A stretch of 63,235 nt of DNA, filler included, from Octopus bimaculoides (GCF_001194135.2; 5 parts of 5 records of this genome joined end to end with filler, not necessarily neighbours in it), one strand, 5' to 3'. Positions 35,130 to 49,246 are shown, numbered from the whole stretch's first letter. Numbers and translations are program-made. The notes: generated by a model from the sequence alone, not told the origin.

Positions 35130-35580
35130 ACTACTACTACTTATGCTTATTTCAAATTTTGCTACAAGGCTAGTAGTTTTGAGGGGAGTGAGTTCAACTC
35201 GATTACATTGATCCCCGTACTTGACTGGTACTGTATTTTATCGACCCCGGAAGGATGAAATGCGTTGTCGATCTCAACGGAGTTTGAACTCAGAACATAA
35301 CGAACCGGAAGAAATATCGTTATGCATTGTGTACGATGCGTGAACCATTTTGCAAACTAGCCGCCATACTATTAATAATAATCCTTACTACAATAGGCCA
35401 GCAATTTCGGAGGAGTGGGTAAGTCGATTACATCGACGCCAGTGCTCAACTTATTTTATCGACCAGGAAATGATGAAAGCCAAAGTCGACCCGGTGGGAT
35501 TTGAACTCAGAACGTAGAGCCGGAGAAAACGCCACTAAACATTTTTTTTACGATGCGCTATTTTGCAAGCTCGTCGCCTT
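35130..35580 (-). mobile_element. Two diverged SINE family D copies
   Basis: CGACCCCGGAAGGATGAAA...GAGTTTGAACTCAGAAC motifs, reverse complement of 12690ff. Confidence 0.7.
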
Positions 35581-35963
35581 GTTTATAATAATAATGATAC
35601 CACTAGCGCCCCTGCTGCTATTGCCATCACCACCAACAACCACCACTACCACTACTATTACAATTGTTGCTTCTGCTGCTACTACTAAGTTTCAATATTT
35701 TTTTGAAGTAAGGCTGTCAAGAGCTGTTTCATTTTCCAAGAATAATTTAGGATGAAGATTTGTGTGAGCCGATTAGTTGCAGTGGATTATATGGTTGCAG
35801 AGAATGGCAACGACCTAGCGGAGAATAGCTTTAACGAAGTTCCTAAATTGGTGAGATAGCTGGCTGGTTGACGGTTGTAAAGAACCTAAGTATTTGACAG
35901 AAAACAAGAGAAGGATAACGAATAATGGATTTGAAGAAGAGAAGAGGAGGGCATGACTGTCGA

Positions 35964-36014
<51 letters not shown>

Positions 36015-36249
36015 TTATGTTGGAGTTTAGGATAGAACTGCTGGCGGTAAATATGACATCAAACTAGAGGGATGACGAAGGAAAGCTCTCTTCTGTTCCG
36101 TGTCTTCTTGTAAATATCTGAAACAGGAAGTTCTAGAAGCTGTTACAGAAATGAGTTGTGTTTGCAAATAGTAGTTGGCGAATGATATTGTGGAGATTAT
36201 TATTATTATCTTTTTATATAGAGAGAGGTTTAGAGAATTAGGCTTTAGA

Positions 36250-36900
36250 AGCTACTAAATGGAATACCCAACTAAAATCGATCAGAACCACATATTAGTC
36301 GTCTCTAAGCAGTTCTGTGTATCTGCGTAGAATGAGTATGAAATTCACAGGTTTAGTCGGAGATTTATTTATGAAAACTCGAAGTCTTCAGAAGTATGAA
36401 TCTTTGGAGTAGTTTTACAGGAATTAATGTTGGAAATATACGATGATATTGCCTGGTCAGCATAAAACATTGAGTATTATGATGAATTAAGCGCATTTTC
36501 CACCTTGAAACACCTGCTATTTGAAGTACCTGCAACAAAGATAGTTGATGACCCCATGGGGTAATTGATTAAGATGTCAGATCACTCACTAAAAGGGTCA
36601 AGAACTTCAATTCAGAGATGAGATTCAAAGAATGAATGGATTTAGGAAGCAGAATTTCTGGAAAGGTATTTCAGGAGAAGAGTAATTTTAAAATTATACT
36701 TCAAGAATTATCATTAGTTACTCTGAATATCATAAATATTTGAAAGGAAGCTGGCCAATACGATTCGATTGTTGAGTTTATTTATACATTTATTGTAGAC
36801 CTATTTTCAAATGGCTTTCGGACTTGACAATCCTATTCTGTTCCTCTAAGACCACATTATCCTATATCCCTTTTTAAAGATGATAATGTGTGATTTGGGG
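36250..36900 (-). mobile_element. Possible highly decayed L2/CR1-like RT
   Basis: Only weak motifs (ISYSFYADTQ resembles YHFYADDTQ) among many stops. Confidence 0.3.
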
Positions 36901-37584
36901 AGATTTGACAGCTAGTTCAAGCAAATAAAACGATGGCCTAGAGTTTTCCTGAAGACTCTGCTATTGATGATAAAGAAAATGGGTTAAACTTCAGCTCTTT
37001 GGTAATTCCAAATAAGGAGAATTAGAACTTCTGCAAAAGTATATTGCACGTCAGTCAAAGAACTTCTAATAAGGCCGTCTTCAAGAAACCAATTTAAGAT
37101 AATTGCCTATGACAGGAAGTCTCTACTTGCGACATTTTATTTTTTGTCTTACAGTGAACCGTTCTAATTCTCTGGTCACTAATGTGACGAAACTTACATA
37201 AGCATTAGTTGTCTCAGTCGTTCGGTCTAAGACTACTTGTTGTTTTCCATGCATGAGGGACTGGAATGACTGTGCGCTTAAGAAAGTAACTCCACAAAAC
37301 CGTAGTTCAAGGTTTTCTATCCTACAGCGCAACACATTGGGCAAACGCTTTCTACCAAAGTCTCTAGTTAACTAATAACCTGAGTGAAATTTGGTAGACG
37401 AAAACTGTACGAAGACTTTCTCATACGCATATACATACGTGTGGGGGATGTATGTGTGTGTGTGTATTGATCGTGGTTAGAGTAGACCTTAACTCAGGTC
37501 CTCAATACGTTATATATGCAAAGTCGATATTGCTTTTATTAACCAGTTGATATGTGATGTGGTACATACACAGATACATACACA

Positions 37585-37637
<53 letters not shown>

Positions 37638-37641
37638 GACA

Positions 37642-37906
37642 CATTTCCTAGCATGTTGAAAAATAGATGCTTTAATGAAACACGAAAAAAGCTGNNNNNN
37701 NNNNAAAAATAGATGCTTTAATGAAACACGAAAAAAGCTGTCAGCGGGCGAGACGAACAGAATAATATTTTAAAATTTACACTTATTAACTCACACTAAA
37801 TTTTTGAAAAATTATTCTGTTCGTCTCGCCCGCTGACAGCTTTTTTAGCTTCAAGTTATTATAGATGTCTCATTAAAGCATCTATTTTTCAACATGCAAG
37901 GAAATG
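37642..37906. mobile_element. Fold-back MITE-like element
   Basis: CATTTCC...AAAAAAGCTGTCAGCGGGCGAGACGAACAGAATAAT mirrored by ATTATTCTGTTCGTCTCGCCCGCTGACAGCTTTTTT...GGAAATG. Confidence 0.8.
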
Positions 37907-38023
37907 GTCGTTTCTATATCCCTCTCCTTTTGACATATGTATGTTTGAATTTGCCGCCAGGCAGAAGCATGTTAAAACTCGACAAGGAAGTTTAGCTTTC
38001 TTTCACTGTTGTTTTGAAACAAT

Positions 38024-38055
<32 letters not shown>

Positions 38056-40057
38056 TGCGTATGTGTGTGTATGTATATCAGTGGTTGTACCACACCACCG
38101 CTTGACAACCGTTGTTGCTTTGTTTATGCACCCCGTAACATAGCGATTCGGCAAAAGAGGGCGATAAATTAAGTAGCAAGTTTAAAAAGTGCTAGGATCA
38201 ATTTGTTCGACTAAAAACTAAAAAAAAAAAAAAAGGCAGTGCTGCAGAAGGACCATAGTCAAGTGACTGAGACAAGTAAAAGCTAAAAGAATTAGAAATA
38301 ACTATTAAAAGTGTTAAGACTATTCTCCATGCCAAGGCTAAATTTAAACTTACAGATCCCACAACAGTTTCAATCGTACTCATCATAGACCCTTGTTTAA
38401 GGCAATGTTTTATAGTCGGACGCCCTTCCTGATGGTAACCCTTTGAGTCATCTTTCACCACGTTCGAAGAGACGGTGTATGATAGCTATTTTAAAATCGG
38501 AGTTATTATTAACAGTTAAATTTGTTACTAAAAGTTGTTTCCATTATTACTGTTTATTGTCTTCCAGTACTTTTGAATGGTTCTAATTTCCTTATTAACA
38601 GTTAGAAAGAATTATCTCCAGTAATTCTAGTTTGTCTTTCCATCATAACCAGTTGGTTTCCGTCATTACATCTTAATTGTTCCATCGTTGTTATTTGGCG
38701 CCAGCTGATTTCCTTGTAACAAATATCAGTTTGACATAAATCATCTGAAAGAGAATATTCGTTTGCTTATTTTTTTTTTCCTATTATTGTTCTTTCCTTA
38801 TTATTTTTACTTCTTTTTTCTCATTACACAGGCAAATATTTTGCACCGTATTTTAAACATAATTATGTACTGAAGGGGTTCGTATGTTTACGGATTTTTA
38901 TATGTATGTATATGTATGTATATGTGCGTGGGTGCAGTCTAAGCAGCTGATCATTGCTACATTATGTTTTTAGTTGTAAAAACAAGCCGCAGAATAACCC
39001 CTGAAAAAGATAAGTGGAGATGAGATTTCAAACCTGAACAGTTTGCAAAATATTCTATTCATGGTGTTTGTATGAATTTTTAGTTCGGTGTCTTTTTCTG
39101 AAGTGTACTAAGAAAAACAGTTAAGTTTTCTCGCGTTGTTTATAATATCTGCTGGTTCACAGCTTGATAAAAAGATAGAATTTCTAAAACTACTACCTCT
39201 CTTTTAGATTGATATCTTGTTTGTGTGGAATAAAACCTCACTTGAACCCCTAATATCTTTAGTTTCGGTCATAGTCCTTTTAAAGTAACCTCAGCTTGAA
39301 CAATTGGTAGAAACTAGAAACCAAGCTGATAATTTCCACTCCACGTCTTGTATGACTTTTACGTCGCCATTTTCTGTGAAATACTAATGACATGTTTGTG
39401 AGAAAATCAAGATATTTTAGTCTAAACAACCCTGTCTTGAGTGTCATCACTAAGAGATGTTTATTGCTCAGCAACAAGCATTGATGGGGTTTTTACTTCT
39501 CTATTTTTAAGAGAAATATTAACGCAGTAGAAGTTGATACGATTGAAAGTTCACTACGATTATATTCCAGAGTCCAATGTAGTTTGTTTGTTTAATAGTG
39601 GCAATTAATAGAACTACGGTTGATTGTATATTTGATTTCACAACGATTTAACTGTTCTTAATGAAGATGCAATGATTTCGTAGCCGAATATAAGATATTG
39701 ATATCCTGTACACAGACGTGTTGTGTATCATACCAAGAAGATATGATATAACCTAGTTTTATTCGTTATTTCCTCGTTTATTTTACAGGATGTGGCTTTA
39801 AACAATAAATAAAATTATAATGCGGTTAATTTATAATCTCTTATTCCAATTAAACTTTCTTTTGTAGGATTTAAAAAACAAAATATCTGCACAATCAACT
39901 AACTTGACACATAGAGTACCTTTATCCTTACATGTATACATACATACATACATACATGCATACATGCATACATACATACATACATACATGCATGCATACA
40001 TACATACTTGCATGTTTGCATGCTTACAAATATACATCTGTGCATGCGTACGTTCAT

Positions 40058-40104
<47 letters not shown>

Positions 40105-41119
40105 TATACATTCACACATACATACAAATACACATAAATGCGTGGATGCATACATGTATACACACACATATATACATACAAATATACATACATACATACA
40201 TACACACAGGATCACACGCTCATTTATTCCTACAAACGCACATACATGCGTCCATGTATGCATACAAACGTGCATGCATACAGGCATGCATGCATGCCAT
40301 ACATAAACATGGCGTTGATGTCGGTCTGTTAATCAATACAGAGGAACGTTCATCCTTGCATATACGAAATATTGTCCCCTAAATATTTACGATAAATACA
40401 AGCCTCGTAAAATAAAAGTTGTCTTCTTTGGATAAATGCATCCAAGACATATATATCTTCACTCGTTACTAAAGCCATCGTCCCCAGTGCCTTCAATTCC
40501 CGCAACACTTCTTAGTTGTTACGTTCATTTCATACAGGTGCTCTGATCTAAAAACCGAATCTTTCAGAATCCTCATCTTTCTATATCAAATAGTTTCATC
40601 CCCTACACTCTCAGCACTCAACTAATTCATCTGTCCTCCTGTAATCATCCATTTTGGAACTTCGCCCCTGCATTCAATACTCCTTCCCAATACATCGTTC
40701 TTTAAAACTGCCCTCTACACTTCCTATATTTTTCCTACAACCGTCAACTTTTAGTAATTCAAGCAGCGTTAACGACTTCAATCTCACTGGTTTCAGAGGT
40801 TTGCAAAGATTCAAGGACATATCCCTATCTCCGGACGAAACTAATAAAAAATGTGCCTGTTTAAAAAAAGACCATAGGCTTTCATCAAAGATCTATTCAA
40901 GCTAGGAATAACCAATGAAATTTCTCCTAATTCACATTGATGTGTATAATCCCTGATATATACATAGACAGACGGAAAGCCTTATACAACACATCCTACT
41001 ATCTTAAAAACGAATATCAATTTCCTTTAAATCACACACACTCTACAAGCCGAGGTCAACTACTAAAGGTCGCGAAACTATCATGAAAGATTCCAGTGGA
41101 CTTTTGAAGTGATTCAAAG

Positions 41120-42660
41120 CCTTTACTAATGATATAAAAACAAAGATGAAAGCTCGAGAATATCCTTCGATCGGTTATATGAAACAGATGAAGAGTTTGT
41201 GGGATGTAAAATATTGCAATATTCTAATTTCTTGCATTTCAGCGCGATGCTGCTGTGCCAGCGAGTTACGTTTGTTGAGAAGAAATGAATTACTCTATAA
41301 ATCAAGTATTGAAAATGCACAGTAAATGACAGTATGAACAGCCCTGTTGATTCAGCCCTCGAGAAAATAATCAAGAAGATGAAAAATAAACAAAACAAAA
41401 ATTATAACAATTAAGTTAGTATTGCTGTCATCACAGAGACACCGTAGCCATTTATTAACAAACAGAAATCAGTGAAGGATACAATCTGAAATCTTGTGTG
41501 TCATAGAAAAAGGCTTATAAAGCACAGCACTTAGCAAAATCATTATTTACATCAACATACCACACGAATGATTATGACTCGAGTCGATAGAAAACCTACA
41601 GACTTGATGTTATCTGTGATCACTCGGGCTGCTATTGAACACTGAACACATTGAAAGTTCCAGTTTTAGACATTGAATGTCTTACTGTATTATGTTGTAG
41701 TTACCATCTGCCGTGAGATGGGAGTAAATGAAGTAGACCCAACTGATAACATAGAACCAAAATGGATCACCTCTCTCAATGTGTGTGTGTGCATGTATGT
41801 ATGTATGTATGTATGTATGTATGTGTTGTGTCGACGCCCCCAAGCGAAGAAGTAGGGTCGCCCAAGACATATAAATTGAGGTAGTCTGGTGGTGATAGGT
41901 ATGTTGAGTAGCGGTTGAGTAGAGATCATCCGAAGGTGCTAGATAGCAGTAGTTTGAGACATAACAGTATGTATGTATGTATGTATGTATGTATACGAGC
42001 GTGTGCATGTATATGCGTATGAATCGACAGACTGGCAAAACCTCGGACAATTAGAGTCAAGGTGAACAACAGATTCCCAAACCACCAGCTGCATTGAATC
42101 TAGACTATGTGTCGCAGCATGAAAGGCCATACCATCAACTTGTAAATGCTCTTCTCCAGCATGACCTGGAGTCATTAAGGGTGAGCAAATTTGGAATGTT
42201 AATAACCAGCGTAACTGCAATGCATCATGGTTAAACGAACTCCCAAGGAAACACTCTTCAAGCATCTCTCCTAAAATAATTGACATCACCAGTGAAACTT
42301 TCTTGACATTAATGGCAAAGCTACCGAATGGAAAATTAACTGAAATAGACCAAAAGTCGGATACCGATATAGAAAGCTCACGTTCTACAAAAATGTTGTG
42401 CTTGATGTATCAAATTGGCAGACAGTAATCCTGGCTCAGATCCTGGAGACACATGTGACTAAAAACTACAGCCCCAAAGCATGATTAAATGTTATGTAAA
42501 CTGTGCAGAGGTTGCTTGAATATGTCTCTCTAAGATCGCCTTGAAACAAAGTGATAACTGATGAACGGGAAAAGATATAAGAAGGGAGTGTGGGGCTGTG
42601 CCAAACATAACCTCATCTGCAAAACTGTAATAAAAGGATATTTTGGGTGAACTAATGCGA
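41120..42660 (+). mobile_element. Decayed RLE-type (R4/Dong-like) LINE: N-terminal motif and RT start
   Basis: MKAREYPSIGYMKQMKSLWD; later IWNVNNQRNCNASWLNEL...ITSETF...KLPNGK; interrupted by microsatellites. Confidence 0.5.
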
Positions 42661-43586
42661 AACTTTTATCCTGCCTATTGATTTTCATTTGTACCAATCC
42701 TAGTATTATGGGTGCACTGGGTTATCTAACAAGAGGTTTACATAAAAACCTGAGAATGCTAGAGTTGTCCAAGAAAGAACAAATCAAACCGATTTGCATC
42801 CTTTAAATCCAATCGATTAAAGGTAGAATGAAGATTTGTAAAACGTTCTAAAGATTCTCCATATTAGGTCCTAGAATGAAAATATTCACACAGTCTCATG
42901 TGCATACATAGATGCATGCATACATACATACATACATACATACATACATGCGAATATACATACATACATGCATACATACGTACTTACATGCATACATACG
43001 TACATGACGGCTGTCGACTTGTTAGACGAGTATGACCACGACTGACTAAATGAAATGTATCACAGCATTACATATTGTGAGAACGACAATGACTCTTGAA
43101 TCCTACCAGCGACTCATAGAACTTGTTGCAGGTTCATACGTTCGTACAAATTCTTGGTTGTTCCAGATCATTCTGACGATTTTTCTATGTGTACCCTCAT
43201 GTGCCTAGATAAACATTTTCTGGCAGACAGTGCATGCGATCAAGAAAGTCGTTGTAGTTTGTAACAGGTCTTCTTTCTGAGAGGCTTTTCTGGTGGCTCA
43301 TCAGGCCTGTGCGAGATATACATATGCAAGGTGAGGGACAGCAAGTTCAACGGAATTGTCTTTGCGTGCTGATCTCCTATTAATCTTCCGATTAAGTATA
43401 TACCATAGTGTTTGGTTTCTAATTGAATCGCTTTGTTTGAAATTATAATCAATCTCTGTTGAGAACATGTTGTAGTGTAGTTATTTGATGTAAAATTATT
43501 TGGATACGAATAGAGAATTAATTAATTCCGTTGCACCATCGCGTATATATAACAAGTATGTTTGCTGGTACGCGCATATCTGCATC

Positions 43587-44135
43587 TACAAGGTACATTC
43601 CAGAAGTTTTGAGACTCTTTCTGGAGAGACATTTATTTATTTCAAAAATGTACAAAATTCTAATCTCTTTCACAGTAGGATCCTCTGACTTCAATGCACA
43701 AGTTGTAGCATTCCAGCTACTTTGTGAAAGCCCCATGGAATTCCTCCAAAGTAAAGGTATCCAGGGGTCTTGTCATGGCCTCCTTCAGCTTGGAAAAGCT
43801 GAAAGTCACAAGGAGCAAGATCTGGACTGTAGGGAGGATGAAAGATTGTTTTGACGCCCATCGCTGTCGAGTAGTTGGGTGGGATTGTTGACCGGTGCAT
43901 TGTCCTGGCGCAAGTGATCTGGCTATTTGCCACGAAATCTTCTCCTGAATTCTCTCAAAACCTCTACAAAGTATTCTTTGTTGACCGACTGGCCAAAGGA
44001 AACCCAGTAGATGTTGCTGATGCCCTTGCTGTCAAAAAAAGGGAATTATCATGAGCTTCTCGGTGGAGTCGCTTTCCTTGGCCCCTTGCACAGATTCTCG
44101 TCTCATACAAGTTAATCCATGACCAGTCCGGAGCA
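43587..44135 (-). mobile_element. Mariner 3' half
   Basis: KLMIIPFFDSKG...VNKEYFVEVLREFRRRF...QDNAPV...HPPYSPDLAPCDF; TIR at 43587-43616. Confidence 0.88.
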
Positions 44136-44330
44136 TTTACTCTTTTATTTGTTTCAGTCATTTGACTGCGGCCATGCTGGAGCACCGCCTTTAGTCGAGC
44201 AAATCTTTGTAAGCCTAGTACTTATTCTATCGGTCTTTTTGCCGAACCGCTAAGTTACGAGGACGTAAACACACCAGCATCGGTTGTCAAGCGATGCTGG
44301 GGGGACAAACACAGACCCACAAACATATAC
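44136..44330 (-). mobile_element. SINE family A tail abutting the mariner
   Basis: Matches 11090-11260. Confidence 0.85.
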
Positions 44331-45654
44331 ACNNNNNNNNNNNNNNNNNNNNNNNNNNNNNNNNNNNNNNNNNNNNTTAATTAATTAANNNNNNNNNNNN
44401 NNNNNNNNNNNNNNNNNNNNNNNNNNNNNNNNATATATCACACACACACAAGCATGTAATAGGTCTCTATCGATTGATTATGATGTTATTCGATGTTTAA
44501 AAACTAATTTTACCGATATTTCTTCTAAAGTTCCTGTTTTGTTTCTCACTTATAAACTTGCATAGGTTGAACCATGTAAAATGTTAGAGAGAGAAAAAAA
44601 AAAAAAAAAAAACTAGCTGTTTCTTGCACTACACATCTGGAGTAAAATTTTTTCAGGGGCAATTAAAATACTATTGTGGTCCCTAGTTTACTACTCTGCT
44701 TGTGTGGACCCCCTTTGATTACTATTTTGTTCTGGTGTACCCCCATAGCTATTTTATGTTTAAAAACTATTTTTTCGGCACTTCTTTCCAAATTCGTATT
44801 TTGCTTTTCACACCTTAACTTGTGTAGGTTGAATTATGCAAAACATCAGAGGAAGAAACCTGGCTGTTTCTTGCAATAAATACATTTTAATAAAAATTAT
44901 TCCATGGATCCTTAATAATACTACTGTGTGTACCCAATTTACTCTATTGTTGTACAGACCCCCTAAAATCTTATATGGACTTTCAGGGGCGATATGGACC
45001 CCCGGTTGAGAACAACTGAGTCAATTGAATGAAGGGGTTAAAACACCTAAGAGATATCTACTGCAAGAAAATGAAAATAAAAAGCAGGTATTTGTGTACT
45101 TGAGTAAGTAAAACCGTAAAACTCTAATTAATTAATTAATTAATTAATTAATATTACACTGTTAGTAAAAGGAAGACTATATTGATAAATCACTGGTTTA
45201 TTTAAACATACGAAGAATAGATAGAGTATGTTCTTATCACTAATTAATAATGACTCATCTAATTAATTCGATGATTAAGATAATTATGTTTAGTACATAA
45301 AGATATTAATTAACTTGTTTGCTCTGTACGGTCTGCATTGAGTTTTGTTAAACCAATTAGAAAGATGGAGATGTCAGTTAAGGTTAAGAAGCTCAGTTTG
45401 CAACCGAGTGGTTCAGGGTTCAGTCCCAGTGTACTGCACCTGGGACAAGTATTGTCAATTATAATGACAGGCCAACCAATTCCTTATGAGTAAATTTGAT
45501 AGATGGAAACTGTGTGGAAGCCCATTGTATGTGTGTATGCAGAAACCATGCCAGAACAGACGATGGAGCCTGGTGCTGCCCCTGGATTTGCCATCCCTGG
45601 TCAAACCATCCAACCCATGCCAGCATGGAAAATGGACACTAAAGGATGATGATG

Positions 45655-46125
45655 TGGTTGTCGTTTTCATCATTTAACATCCACTTTCCATGCTGGTGTG
45701 GTTCAGACAGTTTGACTGAAACTGGTCAGCTGGGGAGCTGCACTAGGTTCCAGTCTGATTTGGAATGGTTTCTATGGCTGGATGCCCTTCCTAGCACCAA
45801 AGAGTGTAATGGGTACCTTTTACATGTTACTGGCACAGGTGCTTATTTGCATGCCGCTGGCACAGGTGCCACTTACGTGACACTGGCATCAGCCATGACA
45901 AAAATTCTACTTGAGTGGACAAATCTGCTAAAGCACAGCATATTGCTGAAGGCCTCGGTCACTTATCATCGCCTACATGAGGCCCAACATTCTAAGATCC
46001 TGCTTCACCACTTCATCCCATGTCTTCCTGGGTCTACCTCTTCCGGAGATTCCCTCCACGGTTAAAGATCAGCACTTCTTAACACAACTGCCCTCGTCCA
46101 TATGCATCACATGATCATGATCAGT
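45655..46125 (-). mobile_element. RTE LINE 3' end with tail
   Basis: MDEGSCVKKC*SLTVEGISGRGRPRKTWDEVVKQDLRML followed by the RTE-tail repeat. Confidence 0.8.
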
Positions 46126-46187
46126 GCATGAATTAATCTGGGTTGATGTAGAAAATGCTTCTAGTTTCAAAATCTTACCCGTCTAAA

Positions 46188-46275
46188 ATTTTATCTGAGG
46201 ATGTTTGATTGCATGTTATGGTGTAATCTTCTCTGAATACAATAATAAAATTCTACCGAAACAGCTGTCATAAAT
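46188..46275 (+). ncRNA. Candidate hammerhead motif with degenerate stem II
   Basis: TTTAT-CTGAGGA-...-GAAAC-AGCT-GTC-ATAAA; stem I TTTAT/ATAAA. Confidence 0.45.
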
Positions 46276-46312
46276 CTTAACGACGTATATATATATATGT
46301 ATATATATACAT

Positions 46313-46357
<45 letters not shown>

Positions 46358-47238
46358 TATGAGCTTAGAAGTTCAGCAAAAGCGAATGTTAGAATAAGTA
46401 ACAGACATTGAAAAAACAAAAACGACAAAGAAAAAAAACACTAAAAAAACAAAACAGGTATTGGGGGGTCAGTTCATTTGACTAAATAAAACCCTTCGAG
46501 GCAGTGCTCCAGCATGGTCTCAGTCAAATGACTGTAACAAATAAAAGAGTAAAAAAGTAAACAACCAAATCATCATTATGGGAGAAAAACAATGCCAGAT
46601 ATCCACATATTCACTTCACAAGTTTATCTTGTCAAGCTAATTAGTCAGTCACTTAACACTAGCAGGCTAGGTTATGTTGCTAACCTACTAACCTCACTAA
46701 TTTCTGTCAATAAACTCCATGCAACCAATTAAGAATTAAATGCCAAGATCTTAAATGGTATTAGAAGCATTATCTAATATCTTAATGCTATTAGACCATA
46801 TAAGTACCAATTTGAGACAGAAAAAGAGAAAAATGTTGTCGTTGCTCTCTTCTTTTGCAAATTGGTGTTGGTAATGTAGAATCAATAGAATCTTAGAAAT
46901 TAACCCTATAAAGTCTATTGTTGGTAATTCTTGATGCCTTAAATGCTATGTTCCAGTGGAAAGGAAACGGCAAAACCAAAAGCTTGAACAAGTTCTTAGG
47001 ATTCTCCATCTTTGAACAATATTATTGCATATGAAATAATTATAAGTGTCTGGAGGCGACTGTAGAATTACTGACATTTGAAGTTCACTTCACAACTTCA
47101 TGGTTCCAGGTTCAATTCCACTGTAAGGTAATGTATCTTATACTGTAGTCTCAGGTGGACCAATATCTTGTGAGTGATATTTCGTAGACAGAAGCAATGT
47201 TGAAGCTTGTCAAATGTATCACTATCATTTAAAATCCG

Positions 47239-47625
47239 TGGAGGCGCAATGGCCCAGTGGTTAGGGCAGCGGACTCGCGGTCATAGGATTGCGGTTTCAA
47301 TTCCCAGACCGGGCGTTGCGAGTGTTTATTGAGCGAAAACACCTAAAGCTCCACGAGGCTCTGGCAGGGGATGATTGCGAACCCTGCTGTACTCTTTCAC
47401 CACAACTTTCTCTCACTCTTACTTCCTGTTTCTGTTGTGCCTGTAATTCAAAGGGTCAGCCTTGTCACACTGTGTCACACTGAATATCCCCGAGAACTAC
47501 GTTAAGGGTACACGTGTCTGTGGAGTGCTTAGCCACTTGCACGTTAATTTCACGAGCAGGCTGTTCTGTTGACCGGATCAACTGGAACCCTCGACGTCGT
47601 AAGTGACAGAGTGCCAACAGCAACA
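47239..47625 (+). mobile_element. SINE family B, full length
   Basis: GGAGGCGCAATGGCCCAGTGGTTAGG head through GAGTGCCAACAGCAACAAC tail. Confidence 0.9.
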
Positions 47626-47639
47626 ACATTTAAAATCCA

Positions 47640-47900
47640 CCCTCTCTCAACTCTTAGCTATCTGTCAAATACCCTGGTATGGACATGTCCTCTGTCTCCC
47701 ACTAGAACATCCTACCAGGACTTTCCTCTCATTCGACACAGCAGCTGCAGGCTGGAGGAGTCCTAGTGGCAGGCCCGATCCAGCACCAGATGGCTGGGTG
47801 TGATTGGGGAAGATTTCCAGAGGCCCAATATCACCTTGGCGGATGCAGAGGGACTGGTACGGGAGTGCCTGCAAAGGGGAGAACTGGTGGACCCGGTTGT
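47640..47900 (+). mobile_element. RTE-clade LINE C-terminal fragment
   Basis: WYGHVLCLPLEHPTRTFLSFDTAAAGWRSPSGRP...RWLGVIGEDF. Confidence 0.75.
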
Positions 47901-49202
47901 CTTAACACATGATGATGTCTCTGGGACCATTAACTTGGAATGACCCCAACCTCATCAAGCAAAAGCATGAAGCCAACCAGAAGCAAGTCTTTAAAGTCTA
48001 TTGTTGATAATTCTTGATGCATCAAATGCCACATTCCAATGGAAGGGAAATGACAAAACCAAATGCTTGAACGAATTCTAAGGATTCTTCATCTTTGAAC
48101 AAAATTATTGCAAATGAAATAATTATAATCATGCCTGGAGGTGATTGTAGAATTAATGACATTTGAAGTTTGCTCCACAACTGAATGGTTTCAGGTTCAA
48201 TCACACTGTAAAGTACTGTGTATCTTATACTGTAGCATGGCTCAGTGGTTAGAGCATTGGGCTGACAATCATGGGGTAGTGAGTTCAATTCTCAGACTGG
48301 GCTGTGTGTTGTATCCTTGAGCAAGACACTCTATATCATGTCGCTCCAGCTCACTTGGCTTTAGAAATAAGTTGCAACAACACTGATGCTAAGCTGTATC
48401 AGCCTTTGCCTTTTCCTTGGATAAAATCGGTGGCATGGAGATGAGGAGGCTGGTATGCATGGTTGACTGCTGGTCTTCCATAGAAAACCTTACCCAGACT
48501 TGTACCTCAGAGGGGAACTTTCTGGGTGCAATCTCATGGTCATTTATGACCGAGGGGGTGGGTCTTTATCTTTTACCTTTACCTAGTCTTGGGTTGACCA
48601 ATATCTCGTGGGCGGTATTTGGTAGATGGAAACCATGGAACAAAGCTCCTTTGTGAGTGTGTTAAATTAATAAAGCACTGAAAGAGAATGACTCTCCCCA
48701 GACACAATAAAATCCATATTTCTAATTTCTAAAAGATAACCAGAATCGTTTTTGCTTTAACATTCACTTTTCCATTGTTGCAGAGTGAGACGGGGTTTGT
48801 CGAGATGGAATTTCTATGGCTGGATGCCTTTCCTGTCACCAACCCACACCTGTTTCCAAGTGAGGTAATACCCCCCCCCCCGAGTTAGACATAGCTCTGC
48901 GAAATACTTGAAATTAAGGACACTGCTTGTATGACAGTGACACTCGTTTACATATCAAAAATTCCACATCAAGACAAACACACACACACACAAATTTATT
49001 TACAGTGGGTTTCTTTCAGAATGCCCTTCCTAATGCCAACCACTCTGAGAGTATAGTGGGTGCTTTTTACGTGCCACTGGCACAGGCACTAGTCAGGTGG
49101 CATCGGCATCAACCATGCTCGAATGGTGCTTTTCACGTGCCACCAGCACTGGCATTGGCCACTCCTGAAGGGTGCCACAGGCACTGGCATCAGCCACTAC
49201 TA

Positions 49203-49246
<44 letters not shown>

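Larger units (their letters stand above)
46909..48235 (+). repeat. About 240-bp diverged direct repeats (46909-47148 and 47992-48235)
   Basis: TAAAGTCTATTGTTG...GTATCTTATACTGTAG occurs twice, at roughly 80% identity by eye. Confidence 0.85.

Noticed and set aside
43200-43450. Possible piggyBac Cys-rich tail or small exon
   Set aside because: Needs a frameshift, gives only partial Cys spacing, and has no supporting catalytic domain.
44985-45017. Charlie-like hAT terminal sequence (CCCCCGGTTGAGAACAACTG)
   Set aside because: Only one end found, 20 kb from the ZBED-like ORF and unlike its flank; not evidence that the ORF is mobile.
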